Below are positions 1-10,542 of a stretch of DNA of 64,000 nucleotides, piece after piece. Origin of the DNA: Cellvibrionaceae bacterium. GTDB taxonomy: Bacteria; Pseudomonadota; Gammaproteobacteria; Pseudomonadales; Cellvibrionaceae. The notes below the pieces were generated by a model that saw only the letters and a program-made list of their open reading frames with translations, was not told the DNA's origin and did not search any database. The DNA lies in NCBI GenBank assembly GCA_028281575.1, contig JANQJP010000030.1, positions 67,401 to 131,400 of the forward strand. Reading direction: 5' to 3'. The position numbers and the translations under genes are program-made. Within the stretch, counting starts at the first letter, position 1. The number at the start of each line of letters is the position of its first letter.

Positions 1-1151
1 AGCTTAGGGAACTTATCGACATCGATCAAAACCGTTTGAGCCAAATGCGGGACACATATGAGCAATGGTTGGCGTTGAGACAAACGGAGAGTGCAGACCC
101 GATTGCAGAAGAGACTCACAGCGCTGATGGTGATGTCGAAGATATATTGCGCGGTATATGGCAGAAATTGTTAGGCATTGTGCCGGAACGTAATGATAAC
201 TTTTTTGATATCGGTGGTCAGTCGCTCACGGCCGTGCAAATGCTCAACGAAATCGAGCATAAATTTAATAAAAAGCTTCCATTGAATGTATTGCTGAATA
301 CCGGAACTGTTGCTCAACTGGCCAAACTAATTCGGGAAGCCGAACATACACAGCTATGGCCTTTGCTGGTAGATATACGCATAAACGAATTGACGACAGG
401 ATCTCCCGTTTTTGGTGTGCATGGGATTGGCGGAGGCTCGTTATTTTACAAGCAGATTGCTGAGCACATTGATGAGGATGTCCCATTTTACGGTTTACAG
501 TCGTTGGGGATGGATGGTATCCAGCAGCCCTTGGAGCGGGTTGAGGATATGGCGCTGCTCTATCTGGATGAAATACGAAAAGTTCAACCGCAGGGGCCTT
601 ACCGTATTGTCGGTTATTCTTTTGGTGGATTTATTGCGCTTGAAATTGCTCAAATGCTGGTCGCACAAGGACAGCGAGTCAGTTTTCTTGGCATGCTCGA
701 TGTCCCTTCTCCCGCGATTGCGCAACGAAAACCCAATATTTTGGAGGTGCTCTCAGCGCACGTCGTAAATTTATGGAACGAGCCTTTGGCGACAAAATAT
801 GAATATATTGCCAAGAGACTGGCCTGGCTTAAGGTGAAAAAACAACTCCAGGACAAAGAGTACGAAGCAGAGTTAAAGCGTAAAAATCCTGAGTTGCGCA
901 TGTACCAGGTCTTGTCTCCCAACTATAAAGCTGCAGATCGATACAAGGCCCTGGCATATAATGGGCACGTCACCGTGTTTCGCGCGAGAACCCAGTTGTC
1001 CCGATGTGCGCGTTTCCCAAGCCTGGGTTGGGATCGCGTGGCGAGCTCCGTTGACGTACATACCGTTCCCGGTGATCACTACACGATGATTGAATCGCCG
1101 AATGTGCAAAGTGTCGCTGAGAAGTTAAATCAGTGCTTGCGTGACTCGTAA
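1..1151 (+). CDS. NRPS/PKS C-terminal peptidyl carrier protein – thioesterase module; 5' end lies outside the window.
   Basis: The reading frame is open to nt 1. The GGxS phosphopantetheine-attachment motif (DIGGQSLTAV) is followed by an alpha/beta-hydrolase thioesterase with GYSFGG (GxSxG) and a C-terminal HY catalytic His. Confidence 0.8.
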   Translation, partial: LRELIDIDQNRLSQMRDTYEQWLALRQTESADPIAEETHSADGDVEDILRGIWQKLLGIVPERNDNFFDIGGQSLTAVQMLNEIEHKFNKKLPLNVLLNTGTVAQLAKLIREAEHTQLWPLLVDIRINELTTGSPVFGVHGIGGGSLFYKQIAEHIDEDVPFYGLQSLGMDGIQQPLERVEDMALLYLDEIRKVQPQGPYRIVGYSFGGFIALEIAQMLVAQGQRVSFLGMLDVPSPAIAQRKPNILEVLSAHVVNLWNEPLATKYEYIAKRLAWLKVKKQLQDKEYEAELKRKNPELRMYQVLSPNYKAADRYKALAYNGHVTVFRARTQLSRCARFPSLGWDRVASSVDVHTVPGDHYTMIESPNVQSVAEKLNQCLRDS

Positions 1152-1214
1152 TCCATTTAAACCTTCTCCAATGTATTTGACGTTTCATCGCATTGGGCTA
1201 TATCTACATAGTGT

Positions 1215-2015
1215 TTGCTGATGCAAATAAAATTATCGGAAGAGTCTGTGGAATCTCATTTTAGGTATTTGGCGCGAAATCACTTTTGTATCGTGTTTTT
1301 ATACGCGCTGCTCGTTATAGCGCTTAGTTTTTCCAAAGTGGAAGCCTCCGAATTTTCTAAGGCCTACTATCTGAAAAAGACACCCATCATTGATGGTGTT
1401 ATTGATGCTGCGTGGTCGCAGCTACCCAGTCACCCAATGAAGTATCGCATTATCGGCGAGCCAGCGGATGCGCATGATTTTTCCGGTAGCTTTAAATTGG
1501 GGTGGCGTGAAGACGGTCTATACCTGTTGGCGGAGATCGTCGATGACATGTTGATCGATCGCTATGCCAATCCTCTTAATCGCTATTGGGATGATGATGC
1601 ATTGGAGATTTTTGTCGACGCCGACGCATCTGGTGGTGAACATACAACAAATTATAATGCCTTTGCTTATCATGTTTTATTGGATGGGCAGAGTGTTGAT
1701 ATCGATTCAGAAGGAAAACCTCGTCTTTTCAACGAACATGTAGAAAATAAATGGCTGCGCAACAAAGACAATATAGTCTGGGAAGCCAAGGTAAACGTTT
1801 TCCCTGATAGTTTTGATCATCGCGTATCGAATAATCGACCATTAACGTTGCGTGAAGGAAAGGCGCTGGGCTTTATGCTCGCCTACTGCGATAACGATGG
1901 TTCAGCAACACGGGAACATTTTTACGGTTCCACCCTTATACATCGCCAAGATAAAAACGTTGGCTGGAAGGACGCTGATGTTTTTTCCAAAATTATTTTG
2001 ATTAAAAAGAAATAA
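1215..2015 (+). CDS. Secreted CBM9-like / DOMON-like carbohydrate-binding domain protein.
   Basis: N-terminal hydrophobic signal. The motif pattern IDG..D..W...DD.LEIF.D. with Asp-rich sites resembles family 9 carbohydrate-binding modules. Confidence 0.5.
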   Translation: MLMQIKLSEESVESHFRYLARNHFCIVFLYALLVIALSFSKVEASEFSKAYYLKKTPIIDGVIDAAWSQLPSHPMKYRIIGEPADAHDFSGSFKLGWREDGLYLLAEIVDDMLIDRYANPLNRYWDDDALEIFVDADASGGEHTTNYNAFAYHVLLDGQSVDIDSEGKPRLFNEHVENKWLRNKDNIVWEAKVNVFPDSFDHRVSNNRPLTLREGKALGFMLAYCDNDGSATREHFYGSTLIHRQDKNVGWKDADVFSKIILIKKK

Positions 2016-2227
2016 TTTTCATCTGCCAAAAATATCGCTGGTTTATTTCAATAACCAGTGTTTTCTTTTCTCGATAAGCAAAGTACCAGAAAATTCCTTT
2101 AATATTTAATATTGATACTACTTAAGTATTGGTGAATACGTATGCACAAAAAAGTCGGTTCTCATCGAATCTCAGCAGTGGTTGAATAGCGCGCGGTTAA
2201 ATAAAAATAAATTTTTTACTTCTCAAG

Positions 2228-5200
2228 GTGACTTTAATGAATTGTCTCCGCGCACGCTGCTGCCTGTCGTTTAAGCAAGTTATATTTTTCTCGCTAATTA
2301 TTTTCCTCGTATCATGTAAAGATCGTGCTCCGGAAGATGAGGTGGTTTACTTTGTTATGCCCGATCGTTTTGAAAACGGCCGGGAGAGAAATGATACCGG
2401 TGGGATTGACGGTGACCGCACAGTGCACGGTTTTGACGCGTCGGATGAGTCCTATTATCACGGTGGAGATATCAGGGGTTTGCATAAAAAGCTGCCCTAT
2501 CTACGCAAGCTCGGTGTGACCTCTCTATGGTTAACGCCGATATTTAAAAATAGTCCAGTTGCGATCGATGGTAACAGCGCGGCTTATCACGGTTACTGGA
2601 TTCAGGATTACACTCAAGTCGATCCTCATTTGGGCACAAATAGGGAGCTCAAGCGTTTTATTCGTTCGGCGCACCGGTACGGAATCAATGTTTATTTCGA
2701 TATCGTTGTGAATCACACGGCCGATATTATTCGTTACGAAGAGTGTCACAACCCGGACGGCTCTTTTCCTGACAGTGTTAGCGCATGTCCTTACCGCGAT
2801 ACATCTCAAACACCCTACAGTCCATTTGTGCCTTCGGGGCTGGAGGACATTAAACAGCCGGAATGGCTCAATGATTTTGCCAACTACCACAACCGGGGTG
2901 ACTCGAGTTTTTCGGGAGAGTCAGATGAACTCGGTGATTTTTTTGGCTTAGATGATATCAATACAGAAGATCCCGTTGTCGTTCAAGGTATGATCGATAT
3001 TTTTAAATACTGGATTAAAGAATTTGATATCGACGGTTTCAGACTCGACACCGCTAAACATGTAAATATTGAATTTTGGCAGGAGTGGACGCCTGCGATT
3101 AAGCATTTCGCCGCTGCTCAGGGCAAGGAAGATTTTTTAATTTTCGGGGAAATTTTTGATGGTAATCCAAAAAATGTCAGTCGTTATACGACAGAGGGCA
3201 CGCTGCCATCGGCGCTGGATTTTGGTTTGTATTTCGCGATGCGAGATGTATTTGCAACCAATGCCGCGCCGACGCGTATCGCGGATATGTTTGCCCAGGA
3301 TGATTATTATATTGATGCCGATAGCAACGCTTACAATTTGCTTTCGTTTGTCAGTAATCACGACATTGGCCGCCTGGGTCACCAAATTGTTAGCGCCAAT
3401 CCAAACGAATCAGATGAGCAGCATCTAGCGCGTCTACAGCAGGCTTATGCCCTGATGTATTTTGGCCGGGGTATTCCTGTTATTTATTATGGTGATGAAC
3501 AGGGTTTTGTCGGTGGCGATGGCGATAAAGCCAACCGCGAAGACATGATGCCAAGTTTGGTCGAAAGCCAGAATCAAAATAAATTAATGGGTACCGATGC
3601 TACTACTGCCGATGCAAATTTTGATAGACATCACCCGATGTACCAAACTCTGCGCAGCTACAAGAAAGTGTTGGATCTTCACCCAACGTTGCGACGCGGC
3701 AAACAATATGCGCGCTTCGCTAGCGACGCCCCCGGAATTTTGGCAATTTCGCGCGTGGACCCAGAATATCCAAATGATTATTTGGTTGTTTTGAATACCT
3801 CAACGCAGGAACAAAGCGCCCGTATTCCCGCGGCGGCCGACAGTTATATGAGCGTGCACCCCCATCGGTCTTTCGACAGGCTCGAAGCTGTTGGGGGAGA
3901 ACTTGAACTCACCCTGCCTCCGTTATCCACCGTTGTTTATAAGTCGCGCCAACTAGTCGACGGCGCGACGTTGGCGAATGTTGGATTTGGTTTGGCTCAG
4001 GGTTCAAAACGCAAAGGGCGTTTTGAAGTTCCGGCATTAATCACCCTAGTGGATGAAGACCATCCCTTGCCGCTTATTGACGTCGACTTTGAAGTCTCTG
4101 TCGATGATAGTGCCTATACATTTATCGGGACCGATTATAGTGATGATTTTCGTGTCTATTTCGATACTTTGGATTTGCAGGACGGAACAGCGTTACGCTT
4201 TCGCGCAACGGCGAAAGACCGCCACGGCAATGCAATAAGTGCTGAATCTGAAATTGTTGAAGTGGGTGTTCAGCCAGGTATGAACATTATTTTTAAGAAA
4301 CCCGCCACTTGGTCAGACAGCATTAATATTTATTATTGGGATGCGGAGCCCGCTCCCGGGGTTGATTGGCCGGGCGTTTCAATGACGGATATTGGCAATG
4401 GCTTTTTTCAATATCAGTTTCCAGATGATGTGGGTAGCGCCAATATTGTTTTTAATGATGGTGCCAATCAGACATCCGATCTTTATCGTGAGAGCGACGG
4501 TTGCTATATTGACAGCGCGTGGCAAGACAGTTGCGATAGTTCGGGCAGCGCCGGTGGTTTCGTTGTTTATTTCCAGCAGCCTGAGGATTGGTCTGAGTCG
4601 ATAAATATTTATTATTGGCAGGCCGCTCCGCTTCCGGACGCAACGTGGCCTGGCGTTCCGATGCAAGTGTTGGGCGACGGCTGGTTTCGCTACGCGTTTC
4701 CCGAGAGTGTTTCCTCAAGCAACGTAATTTTTAACGACGGTAGCAACCAAACGGCGGACTTGAGCCGCGATAGGGACGGTTGCTATATCGATGGAGCGTG
4801 GGTGGATGTCTGCGATGCGCCAATGTTAGGGCTCTTAGTCACCTTTGTGAAACCTCCTGAATGGGGGGATGCCATTAACGTCTATTACTGGAATGCCGCA
4901 GGGTCGGTTGCGGATGCGGCCTGGCCTGGATTTGCGATGGAAGAGGTCGCTAACGGCTGGTATCAATTCCGTTTGCCGCCCGGTGCAACCAGTGCAAATA
5001 TTATTTTTAACGATGGTCAAGGTAATCAAACAGTGGATTTATTTCGGGAAGGCGATGGCTGCTTTGGCGTCGAAGGTCAGACCTGGAGCGATAGCTGTGA
5101 TATTCCGGTCGACGTTCAGGTCTCAGGTTTTGGCGCGCACTGGTTGGATAGCAGTACAATCGCCTGGCAGCCACGTGCCAGCGATGCGGCGAGCTATCGA

Positions 5201-8200
5201 CTTTATGTCTCCGATGCCGCTGCGCTCGATGTCGATGGCAACCAAATCTTGGGCGCCAGTGGCGATTTTGAACTCAGCCCTGGTGCCAGTCTGAGCCAGG
5301 CTGTAGCCGAGAAATTCCGACACCTTGCAAACTTCCCCGCATTTTCCATTTCGCTCAGTGAGGCAGAGCTCACAGCCGCACTGAAATCTCAGCTCTACGT
5401 GGCAGCTTTTAATGGCAATGGGGTTTTGCGTGAGGTGACGCGGGTGCAGACGCCGGGTGTGATAGACGGACTCTACGCGACTGATGTGCCGCTTGGACTG
5501 CAGCTCAACGATGGTTCGCCGCGCTTGAGTCTATGGGCGCCGACCGCGCAGGAGGTTTTGTTAAACCTCTACGATGCCAACAAAAATCTCCTGGATACTG
5601 TGAATCCAAGCTCAATTGACAACGGGGTTTACAATTTTGACGGCAGCACTTCCTGGTTAGATCTGTTCTACAAGTTTGAGATCACCGTCTATCACCCTGA
5701 AACGGATGCGCTGGAGAGCTATGAGGTCACCGACCCCTACGCATTGAGCCTGAGCACAAACAGCGAATACAGCCAGATCGTCGATCTCGAAAATGATGCC
5801 GCATTGAAGCCCCCCGGTTGGGATGCCCTGGTCAAGTCACTACCGGAAAAGCGCAATATTTCGGTCTACGAAGGTCACGTGAGCGACTTCAGTGACAGCG
5901 ATGAGCTCGTCGCGCTCGAACATCGTGGCAAATATAAAGCCTTCACTTACAACGGTGAAAATGGCCGACCACTGTCACACGGAATGCAGCACCTTAAAGA
6001 CCTTGCAGCGGCCGGGCTGACACATTTTCACCTGCTGCCGGTTAACGATATCGCCACAGTCAATGAAGACCCGACGCGGCATGTGCGCCTCGATGAGCCT
6101 TATACTCGAGCGTGTGAACTTAGTTCTGATGCAGCCGTGCAGGACGGTTGCAGTGAATTTGCGGGTATGACGATTCGCGAAGCGTTTGAACAGTTGAGTG
6201 CAGCTGACCCTGTGAACGAACGGGTTCAAGCCATCGCCAATGCCCTGGCTAACGTCGACCCGGTTAACTGGGGTTACGACCCTTTCCACTTCCTGGCCAT
6301 CGAAGGCAGCTACGCGACAAACAGCGATGGTAAGCCGCGCATATTAGAGTTTCGGGAGATGGTCGCTGCGCTGGATGAGCTTGGCTTAAAGGTGGTCGTC
6401 GATGTGGTGTTCAATCACACCAATGATTCAGGCATTTCCGGCCGCTCTGTGCTCGATAAGGTTGTTCCGGGCTACTATCACCGTCGCAACCCGTTTAGCG
6501 GTTTTGTCGAAAACTCGACCTGTTGTGAGAACACCGCCGCCGAGCATGTGATGATGGAACGCCTGATGATCGACACGGTGGTGCTCTGGGCCGAGCAGTA
6601 CAAAATTGACGCATTCCGCTTTGATCTGATGGGGCACCACCCACGTTCGACAATGTTAAATATCCAGGCTGCGCTGGCCGATCTCAATATCAATGATCAC
6701 GGCGTGGAAGGTGAGAAAATCTACCTATACGGTGAGGGTTGGGATTTTGGTGAAGTAAGTGGTAACCAACGTTTCGATCAAGCCACGCAGTTTAATATGG
6801 GTGGCACCGAAATAGGTACCTTTAATGACCGTTTACGCAGTGCTGTGCGCGGTGGGAATTTCACCGATACCGGCCGTTCGCAGGGCTTCGGTAATGGCAA
6901 TGGCACCTACTGGAACGGGGTCGCCAATGGCGCAGGGTCTGCACAGGACCAGGCCGATCGCATTCGCATCGGTTTAGCGGGTAATTTGCGCGACTATGCG
7001 TTTATTGATAACGCCGGCAATGTTAACTCTGGCGCAGGTTACGTGGGTGTCGGCTATGGCCTGAGCCCACTCGACAACGTGGTTTATGTCGACAAGCACG
7101 ACAACGAAACACTTTGGGATAATACGCAAGCGAAACTACCCGATGGTCTTGGTACAGCAGAACGTGTGCGCATCCACGTGCAGAACCAGTCCTTTGTAAA
7201 CTTTGCGCAGGGTATTCCGTTCCACCAAATGGGCACAGATATTCTGCGTTCCAAGTCAATGGATCGAAACTCCTTCGATTCAGGGCCCTGGGCCAACCGC
7301 GTTGATTTTAGTCTTGCCACATCAAATTGGGCCTCAGGTTTGCCACGTGCATCGGAAAACAGTTCGCGTTGGGACACGATGCGTCAGATTATGAGCAACC
7401 CGAATATCGATCCTCGAACGCCGGAAATCGCACTGGCCAGTGCGCTATTTCAAGAACAGCTGGCAGTTCGCTACTCAAGCGAGTTGTTCCGCCTCGGCAG
7501 CGCTGAGGCGGTCAAACAACGCGTTGCGTTTTGGAATACCGGACCGGCGCAGACCTTGGGTGTGATTGCGATGAGTATTAGCGATGGCAGTTGTGCGGGC
7601 GCCGACTTAGACCCTGAGCTGAATGGGGCAATGCTCATTTTCAACGCCGATGACGATGCGCACACCATAAGTATCCCCGAGTTTGCCGGCGTTGAATTTG
7701 CGTTGCACCCTGTGCAGCAAGCGAGCGCAGATGCAATCGCGAGTAGCTCCAGCTACGCCGCCGCAAATGCTAGCTTCAGTGTTCCGGCACACACCACTGC
7801 GGTATTTGTCAGCCCTCAGTTGGGCGCCCAGGGCGATTTTCCATGCAACCCGCACAATGGCACTTTTGTTGAACCGGGTTTTACAGTGTATTTCCAAAAG
7901 CCGTCGGATTGGAACGAGTTGCGCGTGTACTACTGGAATACCCATCCTGCGACGTCAGACCTCGTGTGGCCCGGTCTTGAAATGCAGCCTTTGGGTGGTG
8001 AGTGGTATAGCTTTACTCTGCCGGATGGTGTGGCCAGTGCGAACCTGATTTTTAATAACAATAATAACGGGCAGCAGACAGCAGATCTTTTCCGGGAAGG
8101 TGATGGGTGTTTCGATATTTCCAGCGGGACATGGTCGGACAACTGTGCGGTTCCAGGTATTGCGCTCAGCTTTGAAAAGCCCGCGGGCTGGGGCGACGAT

Positions 8201-8422
8201 ATGCACCTTTACTTCTGGAATGCCCCGGTGCCTAATCCAGACTGGCCTGGAACTCCAATGACGGATTTAGGCAATGGTTTGTTTTTATTCCAGCTACCCG
8301 ATGGTGTGCGTGCGTCGAACGTTATTTTTAATGATAACGCGGGTAATCAAACCGCAGATTTATATCGGGATGCAGATGGCTGTTATACCTTGGATGGTGG
8401 CTGGGATAGTTGTACACAATAG
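2228..8422 (+). CDS. Multidomain amylopullulanase lipoprotein: GH13 alpha-amylase, 3 CBM-like modules, GH13 pullulanase (with N-terminal CBM41/48-like region), 2 CBM-like modules.
   Basis: Lipobox LVSC. GH13 region I–IV motifs are present twice: amylase (VVNHTAD; GFRLDTAKH; FGEIFD; FVSNHD) and pullulanase (VVFNHTNDS; RFDLMGHHP; YGEGWDFGE; YVDKHDN). There are five ~90-aa tandem modules (YYW..P...WPG..M...G.W....P.......IFN.G..QT.DL.R..DGC). Confidence 0.9.
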   Translation: MTLMNCLRARCCLSFKQVIFFSLIIFLVSCKDRAPEDEVVYFVMPDRFENGRERNDTGGIDGDRTVHGFDASDESYYHGGDIRGLHKKLPYLRKLGVTSLWLTPIFKNSPVAIDGNSAAYHGYWIQDYTQVDPHLGTNRELKRFIRSAHRYGINVYFDIVVNHTADIIRYEECHNPDGSFPDSVSACPYRDTSQTPYSPFVPSGLEDIKQPEWLNDFANYHNRGDSSFSGESDELGDFFGLDDINTEDPVVVQGMIDIFKYWIKEFDIDGFRLDTAKHVNIEFWQEWTPAIKHFAAAQGKEDFLIFGEIFDGNPKNVSRYTTEGTLPSALDFGLYFAMRDVFATNAAPTRIADMFAQDDYYIDADSNAYNLLSFVSNHDIGRLGHQIVSANPNESDEQHLARLQQAYALMYFGRGIPVIYYGDEQGFVGGDGDKANREDMMPSLVESQNQNKLMGTDATTADANFDRHHPMYQTLRSYKKVLDLHPTLRRGKQYARFASDAPGILAISRVDPEYPNDYLVVLNTSTQEQSARIPAAADSYMSVHPHRSFDRLEAVGGELELTLPPLSTVVYKSRQLVDGATLANVGFGLAQGSKRKGRFEVPALITLVDEDHPLPLIDVDFEVSVDDSAYTFIGTDYSDDFRVYFDTLDLQDGTALRFRATAKDRHGNAISAESEIVEVGVQPGMNIIFKKPATWSDSINIYYWDAEPAPGVDWPGVSMTDIGNGFFQYQFPDDVGSANIVFNDGANQTSDLYRESDGCYIDSAWQDSCDSSGSAGGFVVYFQQPEDWSESINIYYWQAAPLPDATWPGVPMQVLGDGWFRYAFPESVSSSNVIFNDGSNQTADLSRDRDGCYIDGAWVDVCDAPMLGLLVTFVKPPEWGDAINVYYWNAAGSVADAAWPGFAMEEVANGWYQFRLPPGATSANIIFNDGQGNQTVDLFREGDGCFGVEGQTWSDSCDIPVDVQVSGFGAHWLDSSTIAWQPRASDAASYRLYVSDAAALDVDGNQILGASGDFELSPGASLSQAVAEKFRHLANFPAFSISLSEAELTAALKSQLYVAAFNGNGVLREVTRVQTPGVIDGLYATDVPLGLQLNDGSPRLSLWAPTAQEVLLNLYDANKNLLDTVNPSSIDNGVYNFDGSTSWLDLFYKFEITVYHPETDALESYEVTDPYALSLSTNSEYSQIVDLENDAALKPPGWDALVKSLPEKRNISVYEGHVSDFSDSDELVALEHRGKYKAFTYNGENGRPLSHGMQHLKDLAAAGLTHFHLLPVNDIATVNEDPTRHVRLDEPYTRACELSSDAAVQDGCSEFAGMTIREAFEQLSAADPVNERVQAIANALANVDPVNWGYDPFHFLAIEGSYATNSDGKPRILEFREMVAALDELGLKVVVDVVFNHTNDSGISGRSVLDKVVPGYYHRRNPFSGFVENSTCCENTAAEHVMMERLMIDTVVLWAEQYKIDAFRFDLMGHHPRSTMLNIQAALADLNINDHGVEGEKIYLYGEGWDFGEVSGNQRFDQATQFNMGGTEIGTFNDRLRSAVRGGNFTDTGRSQGFGNGNGTYWNGVANGAGSAQDQADRIRIGLAGNLRDYAFIDNAGNVNSGAGYVGVGYGLSPLDNVVYVDKHDNETLWDNTQAKLPDGLGTAERVRIHVQNQSFVNFAQGIPFHQMGTDILRSKSMDRNSFDSGPWANRVDFSLATSNWASGLPRASENSSRWDTMRQIMSNPNIDPRTPEIALASALFQEQLAVRYSSELFRLGSAEAVKQRVAFWNTGPAQTLGVIAMSISDGSCAGADLDPELNGAMLIFNADDDAHTISIPEFAGVEFALHPVQQASADAIASSSSYAAANASFSVPAHTTAVFVSPQLGAQGDFPCNPHNGTFVEPGFTVYFQKPSDWNELRVYYWNTHPATSDLVWPGLEMQPLGGEWYSFTLPDGVASANLIFNNNNNGQQTADLFREGDGCFDISSGTWSDNCAVPGIALSFEKPAGWGDDMHLYFWNAPVPNPDWPGTPMTDLGNGLFLFQLPDGVRASNVIFNDNAGNQTADLYRDADGCYTLDGGWDSCTQ

Positions 8423-8671
8423 TTTCCCCCTAAGCTCGTCGCGTTAATACAGGCAGCGGGCGCCTAAAATGCGATGCTTCGATTGTGTTATAGCGGATAG
8501 CCCTGTTTGCCTGGGCTGCGCCAGCCAAAGTGAATCCTTACTCTTAGCCCGCCATTCAGACCTCAAAATCTTGACTATAATTCCTACGATAAGCCATTGA
8601 TTTGCCAGCTGGTTTAATGGGGTTGCTTTGGGCTCTGCCGCTAAAGTCGATGCGATGTAAGTGCTTAATTC

Positions 8672-9571
8672 TTGGAGTTATTTATGCTTTTGGTTTCACA
8701 TGTTCGCAGCCGCAAGACATCTCGTCTGGTTGCGATTCTTACAATGCTTGTATTGTTTGTGTCGCCGCAGTTTTCCCATGCGGCGAAGGTTATTACACAT
8801 GCTTTGGTAGATAATGAAAACGAGGAGTATTCGCTCGGTTTATTAAAGATTGCTCTGAGCTATTATCCGGGCAAGTACAAATTGAGCTCGACGGATGAAG
8901 TCTATAGCCAGGCCAAACAATTGATTGAACTCGAGTCTGGTGGTTTAAGCGTCATTTGGGCAGGTACAACCCGTGAAATGGAAGATTCTCTGCGACCTAT
9001 TCGTATACCGCTATTTAAAGGGCTTTTGGGGCATAGAATTTTTATCATTCGGCGTGACAAGCAGGGTTTGTTTAATTCGGTCAATACCATTGATGATCTG
9101 CGGAGAATTCCGTTAGGGCAGGGCACAACCTGGGGTGATACGCAACTTTTGCGTGGCGCGGGCATGGAAGTTGTAACGACACACAAATATGAAAATTTAT
9201 TTCCAATGCTCGAAGGTGGACGTTTTGATGCTTTTCCAAGAGGCGTACATGAGCCTTGGGCAGAAATTATTAGATATAAGGATCTCGATTTAACCGTGGA
9301 AACGGAGTTAATGGTCGTTTATCCGTTTGCGCTTTATTTTTTCGTCAGCCGGGATAACCCCAGCCTGGGTAGAGATATTGAAAACGGTTTGGAAAAAGCC
9401 ATTGCCGACGGTACATTTGATAAGCATTTTTACGGAAGTACATTGGTTCAAAATGTTATTAAAAATGCGGGCATGGAAAATCGTAAAGTGTTTAGAATTG
9501 GTAACCCTACGATGCATCCGGACACACCGCTCGATCGAAAAGAGCTTTGGTACGATAGTAAGGGGACATAA
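8672..9571 (+). CDS. Periplasmic solute-binding-protein family 3-like protein (orphan substrate-binding protein).
   Basis: Signal peptide (LVAILTMLVLFVSPQFSHA) and a two-lobed SBP_bac_3-like composition. No adjacent permease or ATPase. Confidence 0.4.
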   Translation: MELFMLLVSHVRSRKTSRLVAILTMLVLFVSPQFSHAAKVITHALVDNENEEYSLGLLKIALSYYPGKYKLSSTDEVYSQAKQLIELESGGLSVIWAGTTREMEDSLRPIRIPLFKGLLGHRIFIIRRDKQGLFNSVNTIDDLRRIPLGQGTTWGDTQLLRGAGMEVVTTHKYENLFPMLEGGRFDAFPRGVHEPWAEIIRYKDLDLTVETELMVVYPFALYFFVSRDNPSLGRDIENGLEKAIADGTFDKHFYGSTLVQNVIKNAGMENRKVFRIGNPTMHPDTPLDRKELWYDSKGT

Positions 9572-9769
9572 AAAGTTGTAGTGGGCTGCTAAATGCCCAC
9601 CCAGCTATAACGGTAAAACACTCCAAGATTAATTTCTCTGACTACAATATGGCAAGCTTACTATTTTTTCTGAACCCAATTTTCTATTCTAATCCCTTTA
9701 ACTTTTTCAAATTCTCTTACTGTAGTTGCCACTTGTACTGTCCGTGAAGTTTTTAGGTCAACACAAAAT

Positions 9770-10237
9770 TTACTTAACTGCCAGGTTGTTTTTATCTGCA
9801 CGATCTAGTATCGAAGAATAAAGCTCTTCGTGTGCAGAGTGAAATATACTTAGATTTCTGAAAATCGTATTCTGATTCATATCTGCTACGACACTATCCA
9901 TCGTCAAAACAATTCGTTCTCCATCTATACCAATAGACACATAATTGTATATGGCATTGTACTCAAGTATTTCTCTATAGAATTTTTTGACGTTTTTGCC
10001 AACTATATCAGGAATTAATTCTGCGCCGAAACTGACTGTATCACCATGATCTATGACAGTTAAAGTATATTGGGACTCGTTGTGGGCAAGATCGATTTGC
10101 CAGTGCTTTTCATTTATTTTTCTGATATCTATAGGGTTTCTCAACCAATTCGCAATCTCTGTAGCCTTTTTTTTAACTTCAATATCTTGGGAGGACACAT
10201 CTTCACCTCTACTTGCGTCTAGTAAACATAAGGCCAA
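9770..10237 (-). CDS. Hypothetical protein (YbjN/sensory-transduction-regulator-like fold suspected).
   Basis: 155-aa ORF in the AT-rich island with no recognisable catalytic motif. The fold call is weak. Confidence 0.3.
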   Translation of the reverse strand: MALCLLDASRGEDVSSQDIEVKKKATEIANWLRNPIDIRKINEKHWQIDLAHNESQYTLTVIDHGDTVSFGAELIPDIVGKNVKKFYREILEYNAIYNYVSIGIDGERIVLTMDSVVADMNQNTIFRNLSIFHSAHEELYSSILDRADKNNLAVK

Positions 10238-10246
10238 CTTCCGTCA

Positions 10247-10522
10247 TTACCTTCTGCTCTTAAGCCTGTTCATTATCGCCTGGTTTTTTGGGTTATTTGG
10301 AAGCGTTCTATATTTAGGGTCTAGATCAACCTTATTTTTATAGAGAGTTGGGTATTTTCGGGTATATAAAATAGGTGTCACTTCCAGGTCATTTCGCTTG
10401 TATGTTAAAAGACCAACATTTTTGCGAATGATCTTAGAAAGCTTTGATCTAATATTATGGCCTGTTTTTTTAATTTCTGGTCCTTGTTCACTTTTATCAA
10501 AAAAATCGGAAAATTCTGACAT
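10247..10522 (-). CDS. Hypothetical small basic protein.
   Basis: 91-aa ORF co-oriented with its neighbours. Lys/Arg-rich. Confidence 0.25.
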   Translation of the reverse strand: MSEFSDFFDKSEQGPEIKKTGHNIRSKLSKIIRKNVGLLTYKRNDLEVTPILYTRKYPTLYKNKVDLDPKYRTLPNNPKNQAIMNRLKSRR

Positions 10523-10542
10523 CTTTGTAGTTACCTCTTAGT

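Noticed and set aside
2325-8206. Many antisense or alternate-frame ORFs inside the 6.2-kb amylopullulanase gene.
   Set aside because: They are fully nested in a gene with continuous GH13 and CBM homology. They are typical shadow ORFs.
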